Positions 25,621-37,825 of a stretch of DNA of 64,000 nt are shown one piece after another (position 1 is the first letter of the stretch; every line of letters starts with the position of its first letter). The translations under genes were made by a program, and so were the position numbers. The stretch is from Octopus bimaculoides (lineage: Eukaryota), in NCBI RefSeq assembly GCF_001194135.2, contig NC_068986.1, forward strand, positions 68,358,062 to 68,422,061. Reading direction: 5' to 3'. A model generated the notes under the pieces. That model saw only the letters and a list, made by a program, of their open reading frames with translations. It ran no database searches and was not told where the DNA came from.

Positions 25621-26447
25621 GTAAGTAGTCAATCAATGTCCGTTTATATTTCTCATAGTTATATAAGAAAACATGTACTTATTAGTAAAGTACCAAACAC
25701 CTGTACCCTGCAGCAACTCAAGAAGACCCATTACCTACAGCAGAAGCGTTAAGGCTGATCTGTCTGGTAGTGTAAAGCATTCATGGCAGAACCGTGTAAA
25801 AGTGCCCATGTGACAGCACCACATAAAAGCACTCATTTCTAACAATCCAGCAATGTCACGACAAGGAGAAATAAACATACACACACTCACACATACATAC
25901 GTATACACATACACACACACAAACATACATACATACATACTGATTTGAAATTTTGGCACAAGGCCAGCAATTTGGGGGGAGGGGCAAGTCGATTACATCA
26001 ACCCCAGTGTTCAACTGGTACTTATTTTATTGACACCCAAAAGAATGAAAGGTAAAATCAACATTGGCAGAATTTTAACTCAGAACATAAAGACAGATGA
26101 AATGCTGCTAAGCATTCTGTCAGGTTTGCAAGCGAGTCTGCCAGCTCACTGCCTCAAATATAAAAATATATTGATGTAATGAAAGAGTTAGTTTTATTAT
26201 TTCCAATTCTTCAGTATCAGAAAATAACTGCAATAGAGATTAAATATGGTGAGTAGATGAGTAGTGGTTTATTATTTTTGAAGTCAGAAAACACAACATT
26301 ATGTATCTAAAATGATGAACTGAATCTTTCATACATAATTATGCATTTATTTCACCTGACATGTTTTGTGAAACATTAGAAGTATTATATGCTATTATAA
26401 AAATACCAGTACTTCATGTATCTCTTCTTTATGCTTCATTTCTACAG

Positions 26448-26632
26448 AAAGTTCAAGGTCCTGTTAACTTGTGTAGCCAAATCAAACACATCATTTGTCA
26501 ACGAGTTTGTGCAAAGGAGTGATTTGAATTGTAGATTCTCTCCAGAATTTATAGAGAGCTTACAAAGATACCAATCAACTGAAAGCCAAACTGTCACCAA
26601 ATCTACAGATACACAAGATGGGAGCTATGCCA
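26448..26632 (+). CDS. Internal exon (EKFKVLLTCVAKSNTSFVNEFVQRSDLNCRFSPEFIESLQRYQSTESQTVTKSTDTQDGSYA)
   Basis: Acceptor TTCATTTCTACAG and donor GTAAGT (26633); 185 bp, phase 2 to 1. Confidence 0.8.
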
Positions 26633-26974
26633 GTAAGTAATTGGTTCATAACTTTTCATTTCTTTTGAATATGGAATTGTCAGTGGTGGCAGTGACGTTT
26701 GAATGGTTTGATGAGATCCTACAGGCTAGAGTGTTCGTTTTGGTATGGTTTCTATGGTTTAATGCCCTTCCTACTGCCAACTACTGTACAGAGTGTACTG
26801 GGTGATCTTTCATGTTACAAGCACTAGTGAGGTTACCAAGAAGTTAACAAGAGAAGACCCCTTGTCTGAGATGGGTGTAATATTGAGTGAGATCGCTTAT
26901 GCAAGATTGTTGAGAGGCAAGAAAAGTATTATAGAAGGATAAGAACCAGTCAGATTCAGATTAAGAAGTAAAAG

Positions 26975-27115
26975 AGGATGAAGATGACGATGATGACAAA
27001 GAAGACGACAATGACAAAGAAGATGACAAAAGAAGAAGAGGACAAAGAAGACAAAAACGAAAAAGATGAAGACGAGAAAGAAGAAGAAAAAGACAACAAT
27101 GTAGAAGATGAAGAA
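26975..27115. repeat. Purine-rich (GAY/GAA)n low-complexity tract
   Basis: Directly visible; intronic. Confidence 0.9.
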
Positions 27116-27234
27116 CTTATTGTAGAGAGTGCTCAGGTGTTCTACAATTCATCAGAAAAAGTAACCAAAAGCACATGAACAGTACTTAAAATAATGCACA
27201 GGAAGTGAACAGTGAATAGGTCATTTAAAATTTA

Positions 27235-27700
27235 AAAACTAAAAATTGGAGGGAGGGTTAATGAATAGCATAGAAGTTTTGAAGGATGTGGTGATCTGAC
27301 AGCTAACAACTGATGTAGGTAGTTTATTCCATGCTTCAGCAATTCTGAGTGTGAAAAGATGTTTCTGAAAGTCACCAACAATGGAGTCCTGATCCCAGAG
27401 ATCAACCATAGATGTGGTCTGACCACTAGGATGATGTACTTCCTACGGAAGCCCCTCTGGCATCACTGCTCTATCTCCCAAAAGACGATGCTCCACATCT
27501 ACAACACATTGGTCCTCTGATTTCTCTTCAATAGAGCCGGAACATGTTCCCTCTCAAAGACCTTGCAAAGAGGATCAACAATTTCAATAGCAGAGCCCTG
27601 AGAACCATCAATCACATCAGATGGTACAATCATGTTTCCAACAAAGAACTGTATGCTTGCACACATCAACCCACAGCCTCCCACCACATAGCTATCCATC
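27235..27700 (+). mobile_element. RTE LINE reverse-transcriptase C-terminal remnant
   Basis: ..HIYNTLVL.. and LAKRINNFNSRALRTINHIRWYNHVSNKEL..HQP, broken by stops. Confidence 0.7.
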
Positions 27701-28006
27701 ACAGATTTCTATATTCAAGCTTTGTGATTGAATTTAGTAGGTGGAAGTTACTGCCGTGTGTGTATATGTCTGTGTATGTGCTTGTGCCTCTCTCCCAGAG
27801 AGTGAGAGGGGGATTGCTATACTTACTTATTTACACCATGTCTCTTTATTATCCACAAGCCGTTATAAAACAGACTATAAAAAATACTTAATACAAAACT
27901 GATTCTTTCATCCTAAATTTGCAGCAAATTGTTTTACATTATTTTCTTTATTTTTTTCTTTCTTTTTTATTCATGTTAATAACAAAATTTTTTTTTTTAC
28001 TTACAG

Positions 28007-28086
28007 GCAAAACATTCGCATTGATCATTGTCCCAATTGTAATGTCCAGCATATCTGTCTTAACTTTCTTTGCTCTATACAACTGA
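28007..28086 (+). CDS. Terminal coding exon with hydrophobic tail (SKTFALIIVPIVMSSISVLTFFALYN*)
   Basis: Long T-tract plus TTACAG acceptor, phase 1, tandem stops TGA TAG. Confidence 0.75.
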
Positions 28087-28406
28087 TAGAGCCCACATTC
28101 ATCATATCTAGAGAATTTAAATTATGGTGGATATGGATTCTCAAATTTAAAACTATTGGAGATCATGAAGAGAACAGAATTTTATTTTAAATATTTTATG
28201 CCTGATCGCCAGTCATCATCATTTGTTATTTTTGGGATGTGTACATATCCACTAAAATGGTTACTGGGCTGATGTCTACACTGGGTTTATTATCAGCAAG
28301 TGATAAATGTGGTATTAAGAATAGTGGAATGAGTGAAGACAAAGCTATGATAATACTCCAGATGAATGATAAATCTGAGCAGACACAGTACCATTTGAGC
28401 ATATAA

Positions 28407-28456
<50 letters not shown>

Positions 28457-28461
28457 ATACA

Positions 28462-29296
28462 TAATTAAAATTAGGGTTCAGCAAGAATTGCTTCACCACA
28501 CACCGAAAATTAGAAATAGCAGTCAAAACTACTATTTCTCTACCAAAATATATCTCCCAGCCAGCAACACTTGCCACTAAAACATAGGCAAAAAAGAAAA
28601 AATAACGAATCTAACCAGCTCTGATTAACTGTATACGCGTTTCAGGATTAAAGAGGTGTAAATTATATTACCCGAACTTACTTCCTTCATCAGTACAGTA
28701 TTTCAAAATTATAAATCCGAAAATGTTAATAAAAGAATAAGTAATTCAATCAAGCGACATCAAACGATTATCCAGGAATAGCATTTCCGCATTCATATAG
28801 ACGAGCAAGAAAATCGTATCATTCCTCAATTACCCACGTGTGCTACGAGTAATCCCGCAGAAAACTGCAGTTTACTATCAGGGAGTAAATAAATTCTCAC
28901 AGATATAGGGTAAAAATTAATAATTAATGAATAATTAGTAATTTTACCAAGTAGTTTGGTGTGTTAAAAAACCATTATCAGTAAACTTATATAAACATAA
29001 TAAAATTAGGATTCAACAAGAATTGCTTCACCACACACCGAAAATTAGAAATAGCAGTCTTGTTTGCCTATGTTTTAGTGGCGAGTGTTGCTGTCTGAAA
29101 GATATATTTTGGTAGTGAAATAGTAGTTTTGACTGCTATTTCTAATTTTCTGTGCGTGGTGAAACAATTCTTGCTGAATCCTAATTTTAATTATGTTTAT
29201 ATAAATTTACCAATAATGGGTTTTTTTAACACACCGAACTACTTGGTTAAAATTAATAATTAATTAATTAATTTTTACCCTGTATCTGTAAGAATA
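28462..29296 (-). mobile_element. Penelope-like pseudo-LTR fragment with direct and inverted duplications
   Basis: Direct repeat 28462-28525 / 28998-29060 (535-bp period); 29062-29296 is the reverse complement of 28884-29060 and 28462-28590; flanked by (TA)n; contains a hammerhead. Confidence 0.7.
28628..28699 (-). ncRNA. Minimal type I hammerhead ribozyme
   Basis: Minus strand ACTGTA-CTGATGA-AGGA-(35 nt)-TCCT-GAAA-CGCG-TA-TACAGT: 6-bp stem I, intact core, 4-bp stem II, palindromic ACGCGT stem III, GUA cleavage triplet. Confidence 0.85.
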
Positions 29297-30469
29297 TATA
29301 TATATATATATATATATATACCGTAAAAACCCATGTAACTTATACACTTTTTTTCACAAAAGTAAAAATGAACTTTAGAGAGGACGTAAACTATATGAGT
29401 AGGTCATTTCCAGATTTTTGTTTTGTTGAAAAAGACGTACAAAATGTAAGCATTTGTATCGGAAGTTGACTCATTTAATGAGCTTAAATATAATGAAGTT
29501 GACTTTTATTTATGCTGGACAGTATAATGCTTACTTTTTCTGTATAAATTTACTAAAACCATTAAATGGTTAACTACTTTTTGAAGTCTGACGTACATGC
29601 TATATTTTACATATTTTACTTGGTTGAGTAAAGTGTCATCCCAGCTGATGTTTATTGGTAATTAAACTTAATTTACAACACCTGTACATTTTTATCAGCT
29701 TTGTTTTACGTTGACAATTCTTGACAACTTTTCCTGTGTACATACGTCTGTGAGTATACGTGAGAGAGAAAGAGAAGCACACATGTATATACACATATGT
29801 ATACGTGTATATAAAAATATATATAGACACACATATTTGTATACATACACACATGCACATATATATACAAATGTACATTAATATATAAGATATATATATA
29901 TATATATATATACACAGCTATCATCTGCTCACAATTTGTGAAATAATACTTCGGTTATTTCCAGTTAATCCCACACAGTTGCACAGAGACACACAAACAC
30001 ACAGTCTCATAAAGTTACAAATGCATACAAATACTTAAACACAGTCTCATACAGTTACACATATGCACACACAGATACCAGCAGAGAATCAGCGTCATTT
30101 ACTTATTTTTATTGGGATGCTAATGTTGAGGGAAGAGGAGGGTATACCAAGTGAGTAAAGTGGACTATTTATAGAGAAGACAATGCAAACACTTTGTAAA
30201 ATATAGCATTTAATGTGATACCTGTTAAACAGAAATTATTTTTATCTAATGAAAATTTAATAAAATCTAAAGTATGTGAAATTATGCTAAATACAACTAA
30301 ATTTAAAACCTTTTTCCTCTGGCCATATTGACAATTCTGAAAACTTTCGGGTGCAAATTTTACATGAGTATAAGCTTTTTTTTAACAATTTTTATCCTGA
30401 AAATCACCTGCATAAATTACACAGGTGCACAAATTACATGGGTTTTTATGGTATATGTGTATATGTATG

Positions 30470-30523
<54 letters not shown>

Positions 30524-31699
30524 CACTCACACACATCCATACACAAGTACAGACATACCTGTGCATAAAATATTGTAAGAATAAATAAATCGGATGCAGA
30601 TTTAAACAGAACTAAAACTTACCAGTGAGTTATTATTTTCTGTTGATATAATTTTTTTGTTTTGTTTTAGAGCCTCACTAAAGTTTAGTTTTTTTTTTTT
30701 TTGTTTTTTTTTTTTCTTTATTTTCACATTCAATCTGAACATTCCCTTTTGAAACAGTAAATTGTGTCATAGAAGTTGATATTTCAAATATTAGAAAAAA
30801 ATATCTCCAAAATCAGTGATTAATTTACATAGTATGTTTCATGTGTTAAACTTTTACTACAATTTTAAACTGTAATTTAAATTAAGTTTCATGGTTAACT
30901 TATCTACCATGTAGAATAATATTCCATAGTTTATAGTAAAGATTTTAGTGTCCAACATGTATGATAGAGCAATAGATAAGCGTTTGTGGCTCACATTAAA
31001 TTTTCAATTGAAGCAAATTCTCAGCACATAGCACTGCTTTGAGAAATGCATAAACACAATCCCTTTGTCCTCACCTGTGTCTGAATAATAAATCATTGTT
31101 ATTTGATGAAGATTCTGCATTAAAACCAGTAGGTTGAGAGTATATGTCTCCAAGCTACAAAGGCATTATCTTATTCACTAGCAAAGAAAGGATTTGTCTT
31201 CAAAATCAATACTGGAAAATTAATTCCAGCCTCACCAATATGCATTAGATAAACATCAGTGAATATTTGAACAAAGTATTTTTTGTCAATACAAGAATAA
31301 AAACTTTTTGGTCTCCCTTTGTTTTTGTTGTTTATTTTTGGGGAATGGGGTGCATGCATTTTACAATTCTAAAGTTACAAAATAAAAGAAAAAATTTATA
31401 CTTAAAATAAAGAAATAAATTCCAATGTTACAATGAAAAGTTTTGGAGTTCCCTTTATTTTTGTTCCTATTTCTATTCTGCACATGCTCAATGAAAGGAA
31501 ATAAGTGAGAAAAATAAACAATGTTCAATAAATGAAATAAAATCCTCCATTGGTGAAGTAACTGAAATATAAATGATACATTACAAAATATTATTCAAAG
31601 GGTACCAGTATTCATGAAAGAATGATTAATCAGAAACAATTTAAGTAAAATATCTTTAAAGAAGGTTGTTGTGTAAGGGCAGAACAATGTGAGAGGGTA

Positions 31700-32129
31700 C
31701 AAAGTAAACTACAATGTCCTTCTTCAGGACATTTGGGAAAAGCAGGAGTTGCACAGTCTGGTGTTGCTATAGCAGCCAGTCTTCTTTATGTAGTTCTGTC
31801 CTATTGTTCATGGTTAGAAGGCTTCCATAATTCTGCCAATTGCCCCTGTTTGCACTGGGTTGCCTTAATGGAAACTTCAAAATTCTGGGTTTGGCACTTC
31901 TTAAGGTGTTTCTTTATTGAAGTGTTCATGCTCCTTTATTCAGATGTGTAGTTTCCTTGTAGTGCTCCCTGTGTAGGATGCTCCACATTTACTGCAAACT
32001 ATTTCGTATACTACATAGGCCCTCGAGCATGTTTTGAAGTCGTTGGTGAGGTAGTTGGTGAGTGTGCACCCCACAGTAGTCTCTGTGGTATTTTTCCTCG
32101 ACAGAACTTTCCTTAATGATGAACTGGTA
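31700..32129 (-). mobile_element. Penelope-like GIY-YIG endonuclease remnant
   Basis: VVYEIVCSKCGASYTGSTTRKLHI*IKEHL, matching the PLE pattern VVY-I-C--C---Y-G-T-R-L--R--EH. Confidence 0.75.
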
Positions 32130-32141
32130 TGTACCATCTGT

Positions 32142-32496
32142 TATTGTTGGCACTCCGTCACTTACGACATCAAGGGTTCCAGTTGATCCGATCAACGGAA
32201 CAGCCTGCTCGTGAAATTAACGTGCAAGTGGCTGAGCACTCAACAGACACGTGTTCCCTTAATGTAGTTCTCGGGAATATTCAGCATGACACAGTGTGAC
32301 AAGGCTGACCCTTTGAATTATAGGCACAACAGGAAGTAAGAGAAAGTTATGGTGAAAGAGTACAGTAGGGTTCGCCACCATCCCCTGCCGAAGCCTCGTG
32401 GAGCTTTAGGTGTTTTCGCTCAATAAACACAGTGCCCGGTCTGGGAATTGAAACCGCGAGTCCGCTGCCCTAACCACTGGGCCATTGCGCCTCCAC
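32142..32496 (-). mobile_element. SINE family A, full length
   Basis: Perfect 12-bp TSD TGTACCATCTGT at 32130-32141 and 32497-32508. Confidence 0.9.
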
Positions 32497-33374
32497 TGTA
32501 CCATCTGTATGTTAAGTACAATAACTTGAAAGAGCCTTATAACTAATTACTGGGTTTGCAAGAGATTTTGCAAACCCAATAGTTGGTTATGAGATTCTGG
32601 GGCAAAGTCAACTGCATAAAACTCAAATAGGTATAAGATTTGATATCACTGATTCAACACTGAATTGTCATCAGATGTTTTAATGCTCTCTCTCTCTCTC
32701 TGTCTATCTATCTATCTATCTGTTTGTCTGTCTGTCTGTCTATCCATCTCTCTGTGTGTGAGAATAATCCTGTGTGTATACATGTATGAGAAGAGGGAAA
32801 AGTGCTATGAGAAATGTGTTCAATTCATAAATTGTAATGTCTCTCTCACTCACTGCTGTCTGTCAAGTGTATGTTTCTGCATTTGCATGCATGTGTATAT
32901 ATGTTTGCCTCCAGTACTAAAAAGTGCTATCCAAAAAAGATTTTTCAGCATCCCATCAATTCTGCCAAATCGCCAGTATCCAAACAACCACATTTTGTTG
33001 TCTCACTGTGAGCCCACACCACTTCAATCCAGGTAATATTCAGGTTCTGAGCCCTGAGTGAACATATTATGTGATCAGAGGCATTCCAGGAAACCTGGAT
33101 TATATTATCCAAAGTAGCCTTCATTTTTTAGGATAGTAGAGTGTGACTTTAAAAGAGGCTTGCTTACTATTTCTAGCAGACTCTCTTGTTGACTGAAGTG
33201 ATGAGTTGCTGTTGGTTCCAAATAAACTCTGTTTAAACAGATTTATGATAAAAGGCATTCACACCATGGCCATCCAGTCTATTTGATGGTTTTTAGAATT
33301 GGATCATGTAATGTGTCTTCTTTTTAAAAACAAATTGGTGAGGGATGAATTGTATCATTGTTTCTTTCATTTTT

Positions 33375-33619
33375 TTACTTGTTTCACTCATTAGACTGTG
33401 GCCATGCTGGGGCACCTCATTGAAGAAATTTTAGTTAAATGAATTGACCCCAGTATTTTTTTTTAAGATTACTACTTATTCTATCGGACTCTTTTGCCTG
33501 ACTGCTAAGTTATGGGGATGTAAACACACCAACATCAGTTGTCAAGTGGTGCTGAGGGACAAACACACATTGATATACATATATATATATATATATATAT
33601 GCCTGTGTATATGTATATA

Positions 33620-33689
<70 letters not shown>

Positions 33690-33842
33690 ATACGATGGAC
33701 TTCCTTCAGTTTCCATCTACCAAATCCATTCACAAGGCTTTGGTTGGCTTCAGCCTATAGTAGAAGACACTTGCCCAAAGTGGCCACACAGTGGGACTGA
33801 ACCCTGGACTATGTGGTTGGGAAACAAGCTTCTTACCACCAT
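33375..33842 (-). mobile_element. SINE family B with internal (TA)n/(TG)n
   Basis: Colinear with the copies at 54463, 61458 and 62737. Confidence 0.8.
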
Positions 33843-34914
33843 TGGACTGGATTTTTTTTTTTTTTTTTTTTTAGAGATAATTATGGTTATGGAATCAGCA
33901 CTGCACCAAAATGATGAGAAATTTACAATGAAACATTAAGTCTCCATTCTAACAATAGCTATATGCAGAGCACATTTATTTATATGTATTATATAAATTT
34001 TATTTATATGTATTAGTAGTTGATTTCCGTTGGTTTCAACAATAAGTGCTATTCACTTGTTCGAGCAACTTTGACTTAACTGCTCATTGAATTAGCTATA
34101 ATTCATGAGATGCAAATTTCTAAGCCATTTGACCATGCCTGGCTGACAATTTTGTATTCATTATGTAACTGAGTTGAGCCTAAAACGATCTTGCTTCTAA
34201 CGTATAACTGCTTGGAAAATAGAGATAAGATAACTCTGAGGCAAGGACTGGTATATATCGGGTAATTAGTCGCTTCAAGGAAACTCATTTCAAAAACTTG
34301 CAGGCTAATTATGAGGCATAATTTCAAAACTCAACTACGTGTATGTGGATTAGCCCAGGCAAGTTTACATGGCTAGGGGAGATAACTCTTACGACACTTT
34401 TCATAAACCACATTTAACAATACAGATATCACTATACAGCTTACCAGAGAAGCACTACAGGTAATTTCAGAGAAAGCTATTTTCACTTGAAAGCATGTTT
34501 TTGAGACCCAAGATCTGAATGTGAAATAATAGATTAAAAATTCAGTTCTCTTCCCGACATGACCCTACATCTATATTATCACCTTTTTTTTTTTCCTAAC
34601 ACTAAATAGCAATAAGTTATGTAAGTACGTGATATATCTTTAACAAGGGCAACAGGAAAAATAAAAAATTTCAACATTTTTATCCATTAAAAAAAAAAAC
34701 TTATAGGGAGGAAAATATAGATGTGAAAATAATTGAAAACATTTCATACGACAGAAATTGATGCTGGTAGTAAATTTTTACAAATAAAATTCTAATGAAG
34801 AAATTTCATTATTTGTAGAAAACAACTTCTTTTATTCCAAAGGTTTCTAATCCTAAAGTTACAAAACATTTCAACACAACTGGATCACTAGATGCAGCTA
34901 AATCATATTGTTGT

Positions 34915-35895
34915 GGAACAATCTCTAAGGGTAGGTTAGATCAACACGACTCCTCATCCAGATGCAGAATGTGCAATGATTCAGATGGGATCATAGCTCA
35001 CATCATATTGGAATATTCAATTAGCTTAGAATGAAAACAAAAAGCATAGACATACGATTGCTGCAATAATAAAATGAAACTCTTGCAAGAAATTTGGTCT
35101 TGCATGCTCAGGAAAAAAAATATATAACCATTTTGTGAGTATAGAAATGCAAAATTGATGAAATGAGGTCATGCACTTTACTATAGAAACCAAAAAAAAA
35201 AAGATATAGCACAATAGACCAGAGATAGTAGCTGTTGACAAGAAGAAACTCTATTGCAACCGACATAGTATTCCCAGTTGACACCAGAGAAAAGAAAGGA
35301 AAAAGAAAAACCTTAATAAAGTCATCAACTGCTAGAACAGGGAAGTTAACAAGCTTATAATAACACAAATTGTTATAAGCTTTGAGGACAGTGACAACAA
35401 AAAAAATTGAGAATAAACCTTGAAAAATTTGCTCTTAGCCTGGGAGAAGGCTCAGTGCAGAAACATGTCTACTAGAGGATCAGCAAGAATTATCTGAGAA
35501 GTTCTCAATACAATGTAAGAACTGATATGAAAAGCAGAAAAAATTTCTATACAAAATGTATAAAGTACTCTTTATCCTACATCATGAATTCCAGTTTAAT
35601 TGGAAGCATAATTAAACTAGGCACAAGACCAATCCCCTGAAGCATAATATACCTGTGATAATTGGTGCATTGGGAACTGTAATCAAAAATATAGACAAAT
35701 GGTTGACAGTGACAGGAATAGAATGCCCTGAAGAGCTTCTACAGAAAGTTTACCTCTTAGGAACAGGAAAGATTATCAGGAGGGTTTTAAGCACTTGAAA
35801 GACTCTTTGAAAGTTGGTGGATACCTAAGGTTACATGCAGTAACCTGCTACCCACACAAATTTTACAAGGAATAAGACTGAACCTGAGTCAAATC
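34915..35895 (+). mobile_element. R4/Dong-type (RLE) non-LTR retrotransposon 3' fragments
   Basis: CRMCNDSD..IAHII zinc knuckle (about 34960) and IPVIIGALGTVIKNIDKWL...LLQKVYLLGTGKIIRRVLST* (35649-35798), ending in (AAT)n. Confidence 0.75.
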
Positions 35896-36122
35896 AATAA
35901 TAATAATAATCTTTTCTACTAAAGGCACAAGGTCTGAAATTTGGGGGTTGGGACTAGTCATTTACATCGACCCCAGTACTTGACTGGTACTTAATTTATC
36001 AACCCTGAAAGGATGAAAGGCAAAGTTGATCTCGGCAGAATTTGAACTTGGAATATGAAAATCGGCGAAATACCTCTAAGCATTTTGCCTGACATGCTAA
36101 CGATTCTGCCAGCTCGCTGCCT

Positions 36123-36160
<38 letters not shown>

Positions 36161-36586
36161 TCTTTCTACTATAGGCACAAGGCCTGAAATTTGTGGGGAG
36201 TGGGTAAGTAGATCACATCGACTGGTACTTAATTTATCAACCCCAAAAGGATGAAAGGCAAAGTCAACGTCGGCAGAATTTGAACTCAGAACATAAAGAC
36301 AGGCAAAATATCACTAAGCATTTTGCCAAGCATACTAACAATTCAGCCAGCTTGCTGCCTTTAATAATAATAATAATAATAATAATAATGGTTTCAAGTT
36401 TTGCCACAAGGGCAGCAATTTTGGGGGAGGGGATGAGTCAATTACATTGACCCCAGTGTTCAACTGGTACTTACTTTATCAACCCCAAAAGAATGAAAGA
36501 CAAAGTCGACCTCAGCAGAATTTGAACTCAGAACGTGAAGATGGATGAAATGCCACAAAGCACTTCACTCTGCATGCTAAAGATTC

Positions 36587-37202
36587 TTTGTAAGATGTGT
36601 GGCATCAAAACTGAAACAGTCCACATCTTGTAAGTTAGCATAGCAAATTGGCTCAAAAAGAAATACAAAAAAAAAAGGAGGCACGATGACATAGCTAGGT
36701 ATGTTTGTTAGAGATTGTATGAAAAAGTTCAGTCTTGAAAGGACACTGAAATAGTACAAGCATAAACCAGAGAGTGTCACTGAGAATAATGAGGGATTTT
36801 ATAATCCAGTCTGATTCATACTGAGACTATACATTGGTGTAGTTGCTAAAATGATGAAGGAAGCCAAAATTATAGATATTCCCATACCTGAGGACGTATA
36901 GGTGGATGATAAAGAACTGGAAAAAATTGAGAAGTACAAGCCACTACAAGATGAGACTGTATGAATGTGAGCAACAAAAAAGTTACCATCATCCCAGCAT
37001 TGGGATCATTAGCAATGTTTGAAAATTTTGTTGGTGAAATTGGGATTAATACAAAGGTAGAACATGCTTAGAAAACTGCTTTATTGGGAACAGTGAGGAT
37101 TTAGAGACAGGTACTTGGATGTCAAGCATTGTGAAGGAAGACCCTTGACTCTTGACCCTCTTAGAGAATTAGCAAGAGCTCTGAGAAGTGAAATGTATGA
37201 TG

Positions 37203-37254
<52 letters not shown>

Positions 37255-37270
37255 CAACAACAACAACAAT
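36587..37270 (+). mobile_element. R4/Dong-type RLE retrotransposon 3' fragment
   Basis: CKMCGIKTETVHIL..RHDDIARYV..YKHKPESVTEN..IIDIPIPED..DKELEKIEKY..KTALLGTVRI, followed by long (AAT)n(AAC)n. Confidence 0.8.
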
Positions 37271-37271
37271 A

Positions 37272-37825
37272 AATTCCCTGATGCAATACCATGCAGTGAC
37301 TCTCATGGCTTTTGATCTTAACTGAGTGGAAGTGTCATCATGTACATTGTTTTGTCTTGGTATAAATGATGGGCAACAACAAATATTCTGCTGAATACCA
37401 CAGATTTGCATGTCAGTTGCTTGATGTTAACCAGTTGAGCTTGTCCCTTAGTGACTGACAATATGTGCAACTCTGATCACAAGTAGAAGTAGGGGGAGCA
37501 TCATAACCATGTGTTGAGAGGAATTCTTTGGGGTTTGAATAATTCACCTCTGAAAACATGAGTGTTCTGTTCAACATCCTTAAACAAACCTTTTGAGCAG
37601 GATGGGCTACTCAACCTGAAGAAAATTCTAACTGGGCCCCACCTACAAGGTCATGCATGTGTTTATCATGATATGAAATCACCATGTTACGCACGTAGGG
37701 TTATGATGCATGTGCCTGATTTACCCTTATCAAATGGGTAGTCATAATGGGTATATTGAGCTTCATATATTTTACCCCAGTGTCACTTTGATGGCATGCT
37801 CTGCTCTCTCACTCAATAACAATGA
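37272..37825. mobile_element. Unclassified interspersed repeat (about 550 bp)
   Basis: Partial second copy at 24750-24910 (ATACCACAGATTTGC...GAGTAGAAGTAG). Confidence 0.6.

Noticed and set aside
25098-27178. Poly-Ala/Val and acidic D/E/K ORFs (25098, 25154, 26978); likewise poly-N/L/I ORFs at 37081-37411
   Set aside because: Translations of trinucleotide microsatellites.
33860-34900. Third gene or exon between the convergent genes
   Set aside because: No ORF with compatible splice sites or recognisable motif; could be UTR or old repeat.
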